Origin: Thermodesulfobacteriota bacterium
GTDB taxonomy: Bacteria; Desulfobacterota_D; UBA1144; Nemesobacterales; Nemesobacteraceae
Length of the DNA stretch: 64,000 nucleotides
Reading direction: 5' to 3'
Assembly: GCA_965202785.1 (NCBI GenBank)
Contig: OZ241855.1
Coordinates: 960,001-1,024,000 of the forward strand
Each line of letters begins with the position of its first letter. Position 1 is the first letter of the stretch. Shown here piece by piece: positions 37,323 to 47,904 of the stretch. The translations under genes and the position numbers were made by a program. The notes under the pieces were generated by a model. It had not been told where the DNA came from and made no database searches. It saw nothing but the letters and a program-made list of their open reading frames with translations.

Positions 37323-37736
37323 ATGAAAAAGCTCCTTTTGATTCTTCCATTCTTTTTGTTGTTTTCAGTCCCTTCCTATTCGGAAGAAGAGGTTTACAGA
37401 ACTTATACCGACATCGGAGAACTTGAGGAACCTGCCCTCACCATCTCACAGGTTCTTTCCTCCCGTGACGAGTTTCACAGAAAGGTGTTTACCCTTGAGG
37501 GGCGGGTGGGCGAAATAAAGTTCAAGGAAATGAGAGACGGAAAGAAATTCACCCTGTTTTGGCTTTTTGAAGATGATCCCGAAAAAAGAATAAATGTCTA
37601 CGCAAGGGGTTTCGTGGAAGGTATTGAGAACGGAAGCAGGATAAGAATTCTCGGCTGGTACAGAAAGCATAAAAGGTATTTCCTGATAAAGCGCAAAAAT
37701 ATTATGAAAGCGAAGAAGATTCATATTCTTCAATGA
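37323..37736 (+). CDS. Secreted hypothetical protein, possibly OB-fold
   Basis: Signal peptide MKKLLLILPFFLLFSVPSYS; beta-rich pattern (FTLEGRV, IRILGWY). Confidence 0.6.
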   Translation: MKKLLLILPFFLLFSVPSYSEEEVYRTYTDIGELEEPALTISQVLSSRDEFHRKVFTLEGRVGEIKFKEMRDGKKFTLFWLFEDDPEKRINVYARGFVEGIENGSRIRILGWYRKHKRYFLIKRKNIMKAKKIHILQ

Positions 37737-38173
37737 ATTTTGGAGGGGGCCGGGTCATTCCTTAAGGAGAGAACCTTCCGAAACAACCGCGGGATTGAAA
37801 GTGTTCCGGGCATTTATAAAAAACCGGTTGCCGTTGCAAATTGAAGATGTAGATGCTTGGGGACCAGAAGACTCATAAAGGAATCAGGCAGATAAAAATT
37901 TTGATAAATGAAAGGCATTCTCTCTTTTCTCAACATTTCTGAACTATGCTCCATATATGTTGCAGGATCAAGCCGTTAAGGTATGGCTGGACTGCGATGG
38001 TATTGTATATTTTATTCAAGATGGGAGATGTGCGCGGAGAAGAACCGGAGTTGGTTATATGGTTTTGATTTCTTGGCAAAGATGACAACAGACGAGACCG
38101 TCGCTTGAATCATGTCCCCATACGCCAGGTTTGACAACAACTCATTCCATCTGTTGGTTAGTCGTGAGCAGCC

Positions 38174-39043
38174 ATGATAAAAATGGAACCGTTAGCAAGA
38201 TCATTGCTGAGACTGTTGCCTGATGAAGCGCTTGTCCGCTTAGAGTTTATATACAATTTCGGCAAGTTTCTGAATTTGAGAAATCCGAAGACTTTCAACG
38301 AGAAAATACAGTGGATAAAACTGTATGAAAAAAACCCCCTGATGACATTGTATGCGGATAAATATGAAGTCAGAAAGATTGTTGAGAAAAAAATCGGGCC
38401 GCACATACTAAATGAACTGTACGGTGTTTTTGAAAGTCCGGACGAAATAGATTTCGATTCATTACCTGAATCTTTCGTTCTAAAAGCAACGCACGGTAGC
38501 GGGTGGAACATAATAGTCAAAAACAAATCGGTTTTTGAAAGGGAAGAAGCAAAAAAGAAGATGAAAAAGTGGCTGGGGAGGAATTTTTACACGAAAAAAA
38601 GGGAATGGGCTTACAAAGATATTCCACCGCGGATAGTTTGCGAAAAATACATGGAGAACAAGGACGGGTCACTAAATGACTATAAGTTTTACTGTTTTAA
38701 TGGAGACCCTCTCTTTATACAAGTAGATTTCGACAGATATACTGGGCACGGGAGAGTATTCTACAACCCCGAATGGCAAAAGCTAGATTTCTTTCTGGCA
38801 AAGAGCAGAAAAGTCCGTCACTATGAAGAAGAGCTTGAACGTCCTGACTCTTTGACGGACATGACTGAAATTGCGTGTGTACTCTCAAGTGATTTCACAT
38901 TTGCGCGTATTGATATGTATGAAGTTGAGGGAAAAGCAGTTTTTGGTGAAGTAACATTCTATCCGAAAAATGGGGGCGGAAGGTTTTCTCCAGAATATTG
39001 GGATGCGGAATTCGGTGATTTACTGCGATTGCCTCAAGTGTAA
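38174..39043 (+). CDS. TupA-like ATP-grasp protein
   Basis: NPKTFNEKIQW, ADKYEVR, VLKATHGSG, DYKFYCFNG, RIDMY, FGEVTFYP. Confidence 0.92.
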   Translation: MIKMEPLARSLLRLLPDEALVRLEFIYNFGKFLNLRNPKTFNEKIQWIKLYEKNPLMTLYADKYEVRKIVEKKIGPHILNELYGVFESPDEIDFDSLPESFVLKATHGSGWNIIVKNKSVFEREEAKKKMKKWLGRNFYTKKREWAYKDIPPRIVCEKYMENKDGSLNDYKFYCFNGDPLFIQVDFDRYTGHGRVFYNPEWQKLDFFLAKSRKVRHYEEELERPDSLTDMTEIACVLSSDFTFARIDMYEVEGKAVFGEVTFYPKNGGGRFSPEYWDAEFGDLLRLPQV

Positions 39044-39252
39044 ATAAATCAGTTTGACGGAGCTTGGTTTTCTCACTCATATGTCAGGGCTTCACAGGAA
39101 TCCGAGTTCGCAAAAACCCCTCAACGCTACCACCTGGGAATTAAACAAGCGGATGGCTTGAACGAGGCAGAACAAGCTTTTTTTGAGCATTGAACAACAT
39201 TTCCATAAACGGTACCGAAGTGATATGTCAAGAGTAAATAAAGCTGTCTGCT

Positions 39253-39897
39253 TTACCGGCCGCGCGTAAAGGTCCAGTACTGCAAGCAGGCCAACAATAT
39301 AAGGAGAGGGATACCGAGTTCTAGTATTTCCTCAATCACGCGCATTGGTGTCTTCACTTCGCTCGATAGGATTATTGCGAAATTCTCACGCAGGATTCGC
39401 GGAGCTGAGTCAAGCAACTTAGCGATCAGCATAACGAGCAGCGCTGCAGCAATTGTTAGCGAGTACCCGTATCGGCTGCGCAGTCCAGATACCAAATGTC
39501 TACCGTAGTTCGTCATATAACGGATCAAAGCATATACGCAGATCAGCAGCACAGCGCCTACTGCAATTCTTTCCACGAGCGGTATAGTAGGTTCTATGTA
39601 GTAATTGAGATTGTTGATTCTCAAGGAAGTCAGCCTACTGTGCATGTCAAGCTCACGAAGCACAAACAACAAGACTACAAAAGCCGAGTAGTATCGGAAT
39701 TTCCAGTCCCCTGAGGCGATAAACAAAAGATATGCGATCCCGCTGAGGTACAAAATGACGGTGAGGTTCTCTATCAAGTTGCCTTCCCGAGAAAGCCGTT
39801 CCACGGTGGCGCTATCCAGAAATATAGCCAGAAAGACGATAATCAAGAGACCTGTGATTACATAGAGAAAGAGAAATGGCTGACCCGTATTTTTCAT
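39253..39897 (-). CDS. Hypothetical integral membrane protein
   Basis: About 6 TM helices; motifs EGNLIE, LRELD, EEILE. Confidence 0.65.
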   Translation of the reverse strand: MKNTGQPFLFLYVITGLLIIVFLAIFLDSATVERLSREGNLIENLTVILYLSGIAYLLFIASGDWKFRYYSAFVVLLFVLRELDMHSRLTSLRINNLNYYIEPTIPLVERIAVGAVLLICVYALIRYMTNYGRHLVSGLRSRYGYSLTIAAALLVMLIAKLLDSAPRILRENFAIILSSEVKTPMRVIEEILELGIPLLILLACLQYWTFTRGR

Positions 39898-39937
39898 AGA
39901 CCTTGGATTCAATTCACAAAGAAGACTGTAGGTTTTT

Positions 39938-41152
39938 TCATTCGTATCTCAAAGCTTCTATTGGATTAAGCGCAGCCGCTTTTTTCGCCGGATATATTCC
40001 GAAGATGATTCCCACAAGTGCGGAGAACATAAAAGCCACTAGTATGGACAATACTGATATCTGCGTCGGCCAGCCCGTGAGAACCGAAGCAACTTTTGAG
40101 ATCAGTATCCCAACCGCTGTTCCAATTACGCCCCCTATAAGGGAGAGCAGCACGGATTCAATTAGGAACTGAACCAGTATATTTCTCTCTCTGGCCCCAA
40201 CGGCAAGCCTGATTCCTATCTCCCTGGTTCTTTCTCCGACCGAAACAAGCATTATGTTCATTATCCCTATTCCTCCTACCACAAGAGAGATAGAGGCTAT
40301 GCTTCCAAGAAGTACGGTCATGATTCTCGAGATGTTCTCTATGGTCTTTATCTGCGTTTGCTGGGTTTTTACGTAGAAATCGTCTTGCATATCACCCTTG
40401 ATTCCATGTTCCCTGCGCAGGGTTTGTTCTATTTCCGCCTTGGCGTATTCCAGATCGTAGTCGGGGTCTACGAAGATCGAGATTCTGTTAAGAGATTTTG
40501 CGCCTATAAGCCTTTTCTGAACCGAGGTATAAGGAAGAAGGACTATATCATCTTGATCTTTTCCACTAGGGGTGGGGCCGATCGGAGACATTATCCCGAT
40601 GACCTTGTAAGTGTATTTGCCAATCCTCACGTTTTTCCCTACAGGATCTTGGCTTCCAAACAGGTTTTGCTTCGCCGTTTTGCCAAGTACGCAGACAAGA
40701 GCTGCTTTCCTTACGTCAAGTTCGTTGAAGAATGTTCCTTTTTCTGGAAACCAGTCGTTTATGAAGATAAAGTCCTTGCCGACTCCTATAACCGCGGTGA
40801 AGACATTACTGCTTCCCGAGACAACATTCGCGTTCGTGTTGGATATTGCAGACACGTATTTCGTTGCTTCAAGATTCCTTATTGCCTCCACGTCTTTACC
40901 CGTAAGCGGTTTCACGTTGCCAGAAACAATGCTTTTTCCGCTTTTAGTCCTTTTCCCGGTATTTACCACTAGAGAGTTTGCCCCAAGAGACGCCAACTGG
41001 CCTTCTATCATGTTTTTTGCGCCGCCGGTTATGGAGACAAGCGATATCACCGCCGCGATGCCTATGATTATTCCCAAGGCAGTGAGAAAAGATCTTATCT
41101 TGTTGCTTTTTATGGCCCTGTATGAAATCTCAACTGAGAGCAGTAGATTCAT
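39938..41152 (-). CDS. MacB-like ABC transporter permease
   Basis: RSFLTALGIIIG, GGIGIMNIMLVSVGERTREIGIR, PIEALRYE. Confidence 0.93.
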   Translation of the reverse strand: MNLLLSVEISYRAIKSNKIRSFLTALGIIIGIAAVISLVSITGGAKNMIEGQLASLGANSLVVNTGKRTKSGKSIVSGNVKPLTGKDVEAIRNLEATKYVSAISNTNANVVSGSSNVFTAVIGVGKDFIFINDWFPEKGTFFNELDVRKAALVCVLGKTAKQNLFGSQDPVGKNVRIGKYTYKVIGIMSPIGPTPSGKDQDDIVLLPYTSVQKRLIGAKSLNRISIFVDPDYDLEYAKAEIEQTLRREHGIKGDMQDDFYVKTQQTQIKTIENISRIMTVLLGSIASISLVVGGIGIMNIMLVSVGERTREIGIRLAVGARERNILVQFLIESVLLSLIGGVIGTAVGILISKVASVLTGWPTQISVLSILVAFMFSALVGIIFGIYPAKKAAALNPIEALRYE

Positions 41153-41348
41153 GAAATTAATTGTAACCAATTGCCCTTGAGTCGCTAACATGGCTAGCAT
41201 ACGTAATGAAATGGTTTGCGGCGCGGTTATACTAGCAGGCTAAATATATTGTGAAAAACAAGGAGTTGCGCTTCTCCTTTTCTCAGGATATGCAGTTTGT
41301 CTTTCACAGTTCTTTGGGTGGAAATCATTTTTTTGTGAGGCCTGATTT

Positions 41349-42131
41349 ATGAAAGCTATAATACTTGCGGCGGGCAGTGGTACCAGGATGTATCCCTACA
41401 CGCACGACAAGCCCAAGTGTCTTCTTGATATCGGCGGTGTATCGATCCTTGAGCACCAGATAAACAACATAAGGGACTGCGGTATCAACGAGATTGTTAT
41501 CGTCGTCGGATTCCGTTTCGAAAGGGTGGAGGATTTTCTAAGAAGTTTCGACGGTTTGGGAATGAGAATCAATACCCTTTACAACCCCTTCTATCAGTCT
41601 ACCAACAGTCTTGTGTCCCTTTGGATAGCGCGAAGTGAACTTGATGAAGATATAGTGGTTATGAACGGAGACGATGTTTACGAGATAGATGTTCTGGACA
41701 AAGCACTCTCGGTAAGAAATGAAAAAATTTGTCTTCCCATAAAGAGGAGATCTCGGTACGAGAGAGAAGACATGAAAGTTATAGTTGACGACGGCAGGAT
41801 TACAAAGATCAGCAAGGATATATCAAACGGCGAGACCTCTGCTGAATCGGTCGGTATAAGGGTGTTTCGGGATACGGGGGTTGAGCTGCTCAAAAGAGCG
41901 GTTGAAGAGGAGATGAGGAATCCCGGGGCTGAGGGGAAATGGTACATTTCCTCAATACACAGGCTTATAAGCAAGGGGTATGGAATCAAGCCTCTTGATA
42001 TAGGCGAACTTTACTGGATGGATGTTGACTGCCCAATGGATCTTTTCAGGGCGAAGAAGCAGGCTGACAGATTCCTGAAAGATGGATACCGTGCCCCAAA
42101 TCTTCTCAGAATCGTTGACTCTTCCGAATAG
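41349..42131 (+). CDS. Phosphocholine/phosphonate cytidylyltransferase-family NTP transferase
   Basis: MKAIILAAGSGTRM, KPKCLL, NSLVSL, MNGD, WMDVD. Confidence 0.8.
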   Translation: MKAIILAAGSGTRMYPYTHDKPKCLLDIGGVSILEHQINNIRDCGINEIVIVVGFRFERVEDFLRSFDGLGMRINTLYNPFYQSTNSLVSLWIARSELDEDIVVMNGDDVYEIDVLDKALSVRNEKICLPIKRRSRYEREDMKVIVDDGRITKISKDISNGETSAESVGIRVFRDTGVELLKRAVEEEMRNPGAEGKWYISSIHRLISKGYGIKPLDIGELYWMDVDCPMDLFRAKKQADRFLKDGYRAPNLLRIVDSSE

Positions 42132-42360
42132 TCCGTCGTGGAAAAATCCGCACTCGCAATTGAGGTGAAGTACCGTGAGGAGATTTTCACGAAACTTTTT
42201 ATTGAATTCTCTTTTTTCTTTCTGCTTGGCTTTCTCCGAGCACGGTAAGGCATCGGAAAAAGCTTTCTTTGAGGAGAAGCCATGGGTGCTTTATAAAATA
42301 GATCGTGTTTAATTGTTCTCTATGTTTCCGGAGACGAAGGAAAATGAATTTGAAGCCCGG

Positions 42361-43518
42361 ATGAAAAAATACGAAGGACTTAGGGTACTTTGCGTAGAAA
42401 GCCACCCGCTTTTTACAGAAGGGGTAAGTGCTGTTCACATGCTCAAGATGTGCCAGGCGATGGCCAACCTTGGAATCGAGGTTGAGTGCGTTCTGCCGGG
42501 GCGCGTTAACAAGAAAAGACTTTTTTCGTATTACGGCATCAAGAATCCTTTTCGCGTAACCTCGATTGCGCTTTCGGGCGGACTGGCTAGGCGGCCGCTC
42601 CATGGTTTTTTAAGCGCCCTTTACGCTTGCGGAAAAAAAGAAAATTTTGATCTTGTGCTCACCAGGGACCTTATTTTTGCCTGGTTTGCGACCAAGGTTT
42701 TCGAGGTTCCGACGGTCTACGACGCTCACCACCCTCCGGTTAACTGGGCGGCTGAAACAATAATAAGCTCTTTCTCCCGTTCAAAGAACCTGCTCGGGAT
42801 GTCCTTTAACTCGCGAGGACTACACGACATATACTTCTGCCTCGGGATGACGGGGCAAAATCCCATAGTGGCGCCGAACGGCTTCGAACGGGAGGCGTTT
42901 GAGGGAGAACACGACATCCCCTCGCTTCGGGAGCGCCTCGGTCTTCCACTCGAGAGAAAAATAGTGTGCTACTGTGGAAACACTTACAGGGGAAGGGGGA
43001 TTGAGATCCTGGTGCGCGCAGCGGCGCAGATGCCCGAGGTTGAGTTTCTCATTGTCGGAGGCAGGGAACGGGACAACGTGCTTTGGCGCGAGATGGCGAG
43101 ACAGCAGGGATCGGGCAATTTCAGAATAGAGGGGTTTGTGCAACAACGGGAAGTACCCTCTTACCTCCTTGCCTCAGATGTTTTGGTCATGCCCTATTCG
43201 TCCAAGATAACTATAAGGGATGGAACAGAGGCCGGGAGGTTTACTTCTCCGCTTAAGCTTTTCGAGTATATGGCCGCTGGAAAACCTATTGTTGCGACCG
43301 GGGTTCCGTCGGTTCTTGAGATACTGCGTCCGGGAGAGAACTCGGTTGTTACTCCTCCTGATGACAGTGGGGAGTTTATTCGGGTGCTTGGCCTCGTGCT
43401 TGCTGATTCAAAGCTTTGCACACGGGTTTCGGAGCGTGCCCGCTCGGACGCGGTCGGGTACACGTGGGAGAAGAGGGTTGAAAAAATAATTGATGGGGTT
43501 GGAGTTGCTGTCGAGTAA
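42361..43518 (+). CDS. GT4 glycosyltransferase
   Basis: APNG, YRGRGIE, SPLKLFEYMAAGKPIV. Confidence 0.9.
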   Translation: MKKYEGLRVLCVESHPLFTEGVSAVHMLKMCQAMANLGIEVECVLPGRVNKKRLFSYYGIKNPFRVTSIALSGGLARRPLHGFLSALYACGKKENFDLVLTRDLIFAWFATKVFEVPTVYDAHHPPVNWAAETIISSFSRSKNLLGMSFNSRGLHDIYFCLGMTGQNPIVAPNGFEREAFEGEHDIPSLRERLGLPLERKIVCYCGNTYRGRGIEILVRAAAQMPEVEFLIVGGRERDNVLWREMARQQGSGNFRIEGFVQQREVPSYLLASDVLVMPYSSKITIRDGTEAGRFTSPLKLFEYMAAGKPIVATGVPSVLEILRPGENSVVTPPDDSGEFIRVLGLVLADSKLCTRVSERARSDAVGYTWEKRVEKIIDGVGVAVE

Positions 43519-43701
43519 GTTTTTGGTCTGAATGTAATGCGAGGTCAAGCTTAAATGGGCCTCGAGGAGTGGACCCCTAATTTTAGGACAGTTTTTTCGT
43601 TTTTTTTTAATGAACCATCCTGTTCACCGCAAACACTTTTTCTTTCGTTCGTATAAACTTGTAAACTAGTTCTAAACTCATAAATCACATGGAGGTGTGT
43701 A

Positions 43702-44031
43702 ATGAGAAAAGTATTGATGTTTTCCGTATTGGCAGTTCTGTTTCTCGGCGGAGCGACATTTGCCTCGGCCCATTGCGGAGATTGCGGTAAGAAAGCAGAT
43801 TGCCCTAGGAAGTCCGCTAAAATGGATAAAATGTTTGAGAAAAAAGACACAAACTCTGACGGCGTCATCTCAAAGGCTGAGTTTATGTCCAGTGCGGAGA
43901 AAAAATTCGCCAAGATAGACGCTGACGGCAACGGCAGTCTTACAAAGGAAGAAGTAAAGAACTACTGGACCGCCAAGAAAGAAAAGCACAAAGACAAGAA
44001 AAAAGATTCCGGTCAGTGCGCCGACAAATAG
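43702..44031 (+). CDS. Small secreted EF-hand protein
   Basis: Signal peptide; two EF loops, DTNSDGVISKAE and DADGNGSLTKEE. Confidence 0.85.
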   Translation: MRKVLMFSVLAVLFLGGATFASAHCGDCGKKADCPRKSAKMDKMFEKKDTNSDGVISKAEFMSSAEKKFAKIDADGNGSLTKEEVKNYWTAKKEKHKDKKKDSGQCADK

Positions 44032-44090
44032 CGTAGAAACAGTACTTCATCTGCGGTTCGCGTTGCTAATACTGCGGACCGCGGATGGGT

Positions 44091-44774
44091 TTAGATGGTT
44101 TTCTGGGTAGTGTCCGGCAATAGATCGTGGAAAAAGAAACCGCCTCTTTCCACTGTTTCACCGTGCGCGAACTCAATCGGCCGGGAGAATGTCGGCCCGT
44201 CGAAAACAAACGTGTGAAATTCTCCGTTCTCCCCGCAGGGGTCGACACTGCTTGGAAGGTCGTTAAGAAACGCTGTGTCGAAAAAGCGTCCGGCGAAAGA
44301 CTCATCTAGCACCTTGGAGTAAACGCATACCGTTACCGCACGAAACCCTTCGTCTATAAAGGTCCGTGCTAACGACCGAGTCGGCTTTTTCCACAGGGGG
44401 AAGAGGCAGGTTAATCCCAAGGCAGCAAGCTGCCGTTCCCTGTAATCCCTAAGGTCTTCCAAGAATATATCGCCAAAGGCAATCCGGCGAATGCCCTTGT
44501 TGCGGATATTGGAGAATGCTTTTCCCATTTCCCGTTCGTAGACGGCGTTTGACGATTCCGGTGGCACCACGACTTCAGTTGCCGGCAGATCCAGAGACTC
44601 CGCCTGCCTGCGAAGCAGTGCGCGACGCACTCCGTGCATGCTAACCCGGTCGTAGGTGTCAGTCACCGTCGTCACAAGCTCCGCCACGCGGTATTCCCCG
44701 CGCCTTCGGATTTCCTGGAGCGCCATGGCGCTGTCCTTGCCGCCGCTGAAGCAAAGGGCAATCGGTTCGCTCAA
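44091..44774 (-). CDS. Dph6-related PP-loop ATP pyrophosphatase
   Basis: SGGKDS, SMHGVR, FGDIFL, DPCGENGEFHTFV. Confidence 0.88.
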   Translation of the reverse strand: MSEPIALCFSGGKDSAMALQEIRRRGEYRVAELVTTVTDTYDRVSMHGVRRALLRRQAESLDLPATEVVVPPESSNAVYEREMGKAFSNIRNKGIRRIAFGDIFLEDLRDYRERQLAALGLTCLFPLWKKPTRSLARTFIDEGFRAVTVCVYSKVLDESFAGRFFDTAFLNDLPSSVDPCGENGEFHTFVFDGPTFSRPIEFAHGETVERGGFFFHDLLPDTTQKTI

Positions 44775-44825
44775 TTGAATAATACTCCTTTCAGAGTGTC
44801 ATAGGGGATCGCCCGCGTAGAGGAA

Positions 44826-45557
44826 TCAGACCGCCTTTCGCTCCTTCTCGATCCGGTCATAGGCATCGTTTATGATCGCGAGTTTCTCGTTTGCCGTATC
44901 AACAAACTCCTGGGGAACGCCTTGGGCGATCAGGGTGTCGGGATGGTGCGCGCGGACAAGTTCGCGGTACTTGCTTTTAAGTTCGTCGTCCGGGATGTCC
45001 CTCGCAACTCCCAGGACCTCGTACGGATCTGGCTTATCGACGCCATGTGCGGCGCGGATCCGTCTGAATGCCGCTTCGCTCAGTCCGAATATCTCGGCCA
45101 CGCTTTCGAGATACTCATTTTCCTTGGGGTGGTAGACGTTATCGGCCTTGGCGATGAGGAACAGGCAGTTTAAAAGCTCTTCAAGAACCGCGGGGTTGCC
45201 CCTGAACATCTCGGCAAGCTGCTGTGCGTAGGGCTCGAAACCTTCCGAGTCTTTCTTAGCGATATTGAAGACGCGGGCGACCTCAGCTTCTTTTACCTCG
45301 TTTCTCAAGATCGGATGAAACACCTTTCGGAAAGCCTGGATTTCCTCTTCCCTCACTACCCCGTCGGCTTTAGCCATCTTGGCCGCCAGCACTATGACTC
45401 CGGCCGTGAAGGCGACCTGTTTTCTCGAGCGCGTGTCGGTTGGTCGCTCCCCGGTATCCACAAACGCGTGGCCCGCCATAGCACCGAGCAACGCCCCGAT
45501 AGGGCCGCCGAGAGCAAAGCCCGCAGCACCGCCGATTATTTTTCCCCATATGCTCAT
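44826..45557 (-). CDS. djlA: DjlA-like co-chaperone (TerB-like + J domain)
   Basis: N-terminal Gly-rich TM, AKMAKADG, C-terminal DPYEVLG...HPD. Confidence 0.85.
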   Translation of the reverse strand: MSIWGKIIGGAAGFALGGPIGALLGAMAGHAFVDTGERPTDTRSRKQVAFTAGVIVLAAKMAKADGVVREEEIQAFRKVFHPILRNEVKEAEVARVFNIAKKDSEGFEPYAQQLAEMFRGNPAVLEELLNCLFLIAKADNVYHPKENEYLESVAEIFGLSEAAFRRIRAAHGVDKPDPYEVLGVARDIPDDELKSKYRELVRAHHPDTLIAQGVPQEFVDTANEKLAIINDAYDRIEKERKAV

Positions 45558-45638
45558 GTGATTTTCTCCTCTAAAAAATGTACCAGAAAAATTTCCCTTC
45601 GAAATCTCCTCCAGGACTCCCGGACGCGAAAAAATACG

Positions 45639-47069
45639 CTAGGGAATTGCCTGCACTCTTGCCCTAACCCTGCCTTCTGCCGTGAGGACTAAACGCAGGT
45701 GCTCGGGTCCCACGTCAAGGCGGGTTATACGCACTTGGCGCACCTTGCCCGTAACCGAGACGTTCTCTGATGAAAGTGTGGAAATCGCTTCCTCCGCACC
45801 GTCTCGCAGTTCTTCAAGCTTAGGCCCTAGGTCAAATGGAAGACGCTTTGAGACGGCTTCCAGCAGTAGTGGCTCCGCTGCCTTTCCAGCCATTGAGAAT
45901 AGCACGTTTTGCGAGTCGATATCGAGTGCTACGTTTTCCAGCGTTATGGTCTGCGTCTCGGCGTCTAGTTCCGGTTCGGCAACCACGTACAGAATTCCCT
46001 TCACTTCCGTGCCTGAGAGTATTTTAGCCTCCACAGCCACCTCGGTTTCAAGCAGAAGCCTTTCTCCATACGGGAGGACCCTTACTGCCTTTATGGCTAT
46101 GGAGATGTTTTTGCCCACAGACTTGCCGACTACCTCCTCGGCAAGTGTTCGCTCAAGCGTTTCGTAGTCAATTATGGCGGGCATAACGATTTCGAAGCCC
46201 CCCGGCTTTGGTTTTTCCAGGAGCAGGGTTTTCGGGAAGGGGCATTCTGGCTGCGTCTGCTCTGTCAGGATGCGCGTTTTTACTTCAACCCCAATCGTGG
46301 TCCGGATGTCTTTGCGGCCGATGCGGACCTGCGTCGCGCGCGCGACTACGGGGCTTGTTTCAAGCCAGAGATCCGAGTCTTCTCCAAGCGGTGTTGAACC
46401 GCAAAGTCTCTTCCAGCCTTTTCTTGCCGCCTGCTCGAAAAAATCGCTTCGGGCCACGCTCTGGTTAAGTTGCGTGCGAAGCGCATCGGCCGTGATTCGA
46501 ACTCCGGGAAGTATATCTCCTCTTACGTTAAGGTTTCCAATGCGTTTTATCGGTATGTCGGCCCTTTGTATATCTATTTTTACCTCGGAGAGGTTCGGGG
46601 AGACGCGCCAGTTGCTTTCGAGGGTCGGACTCGCGGTTAGGGAGGCGCTTGCAAGTACGTCGCCGCTTGCGCTGAAGTCGATTTTCCTTGCCAGCTGAAT
46701 GGCCCCCGTCGCGAGAGCCTCTCCGCTAAGCTCGGTCGCTATGTTTAGCGCTCCGCTTCGACCCGATACCTGAAGACGGGAACGGCTTAGATTCCAGCTG
46801 AGTTCGCTTTGGGCGAAAGATCTTCCGAAACTGTTTTTCCTTGAACCCGACTCCTGCTTCGGCGTCTTGCGCTCAAGCGCTTCCCCTACAGCAGCTATGG
46901 AAACGGAGACCGGGATAGTTGCTCTTGAAAGATGCTCCGCAAGGGGCTCAAGCGCCGGGGTTTTGTGAGTGGGTCTCTCAGCGTCATGCCTCGACACGTT
47001 CTCCGAGAGGAAAACCCCCGCTGCGAGAATCACTCCGAGCACGAAAACAACCAGTATTATCCTTCTCAT
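45639..47069 (-). CDS. Membrane-anchored protein, DUF4403-like
   Basis: N-terminal TM anchor and long beta-rich body; family call is from overall resemblance. Confidence 0.65.
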   Translation of the reverse strand: MRRIILVVFVLGVILAAGVFLSENVSRHDAERPTHKTPALEPLAEHLSRATIPVSVSIAAVGEALERKTPKQESGSRKNSFGRSFAQSELSWNLSRSRLQVSGRSGALNIATELSGEALATGAIQLARKIDFSASGDVLASASLTASPTLESNWRVSPNLSEVKIDIQRADIPIKRIGNLNVRGDILPGVRITADALRTQLNQSVARSDFFEQAARKGWKRLCGSTPLGEDSDLWLETSPVVARATQVRIGRKDIRTTIGVEVKTRILTEQTQPECPFPKTLLLEKPKPGGFEIVMPAIIDYETLERTLAEEVVGKSVGKNISIAIKAVRVLPYGERLLLETEVAVEAKILSGTEVKGILYVVAEPELDAETQTITLENVALDIDSQNVLFSMAGKAAEPLLLEAVSKRLPFDLGPKLEELRDGAEEAISTLSSENVSVTGKVRQVRITRLDVGPEHLRLVLTAEGRVRARVQAIP

Positions 47070-47183
47070 CTGAAAACAATATGGTAAGGGAATTTTCGTG
47101 AATTTAAAGATTTTGGTCTTCTTAGGGGATTTCATCTGCCGCGGGACAGTTGCCCCCTGATTTCAACAAGCCTAAATTTCTCC

Positions 47184-47230
47184 TTGACAATTTTTTAAGT
47201 ACTTGTTAATCTGACTGACGAGTCAGTCAG
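47184..47230 (+). promoter_or_regulatory. Sigma70 promoter with overlapping TetR-type operator
   Basis: TTGACA(47184)-17-TAATCT(47207) with extended TG; perfect inverted repeat CTGACTGAC-GA-GTCAGTCAG at 47211-47230. Confidence 0.8.
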
Positions 47231-47242
47231 TGGGTGAGGAAT

Positions 47243-47872
47243 ATGGTTCAGACTAACAGCGTTCCCGAGAGGGGTGCGCAGAGCACACAGAGATCCCGCA
47301 AGTTCAGGCGCCGCGACGAGATACTGAGGGCCGCGACCGATCTTTTCTCCGAGAAAGGCTACCACGAGGTCACCATGGAAGAGATAGCCGAGGAGATGGG
47401 CGTATCGAAGGGAACCCTCTACAACTACTTCTCTTCCAAGGAGAATCTCTACCTCGAAATCCTTAAGGGAAGCTTCGAAGCCATAGAGGCGCTTCTGCAT
47501 GAGGAAGTAGAGAATTCTGACCCAGCCCCCCTGAAGCTCCGCAAGCTGCTCGCTACCATATTCACTTTCTACAGACGGAACTTGAAGGTTCTTCGCATAC
47601 TGAGTCGCGACGAGACACATCTTCTTAAGGAGCACTTCGAGCTTACCGAGAGGTGGAGAACGCGGCGGGTGAGACTCTACGAAAAAATAATAGAAAAAGG
47701 CATAGACGAAGGAAGCTTCGTGAAGCAGAATCCGAGGCTTCGCGCCCTAATGCTCTACGGGGCCGTGGGCGCGGTAATGGTTCACCACGATTTCTCGATG
47801 GACGCGGGAGAGGTGGCCGACGCGGTTTTCTCGCAGCTTGCTTCCGGACTGCTGATAAACGAGGACTCTTAG
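47243..47872 (+). CDS. TetR/AcrR-family regulator
   Basis: ILRAATDLFSEKGY...IAEEMGVSKGTLYNYFSSKE HTH. Confidence 0.95.
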   Translation: MVQTNSVPERGAQSTQRSRKFRRRDEILRAATDLFSEKGYHEVTMEEIAEEMGVSKGTLYNYFSSKENLYLEILKGSFEAIEALLHEEVENSDPAPLKLRKLLATIFTFYRRNLKVLRILSRDETHLLKEHFELTERWRTRRVRLYEKIIEKGIDEGSFVKQNPRLRALMLYGAVGAVMVHHDFSMDAGEVADAVFSQLASGLLINEDS

Positions 47873-47904
47873 CTTTTTGAAAAAATTTAAGGAGGAGAGG
47901 AGTT

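Noticed and set aside
37737-38173. Possible pseudogene in the long spacer
   Set aside because: Only short, unrecognisable frames were found.
37112-39232. 13-bp direct repeat GTGATATGTCAAG at 37112 and 39220 as a target duplication or IS end
   Set aside because: Roughly 30 exact 13-mer pairs are expected by chance in 64 kb, and there is no transposase nearby.
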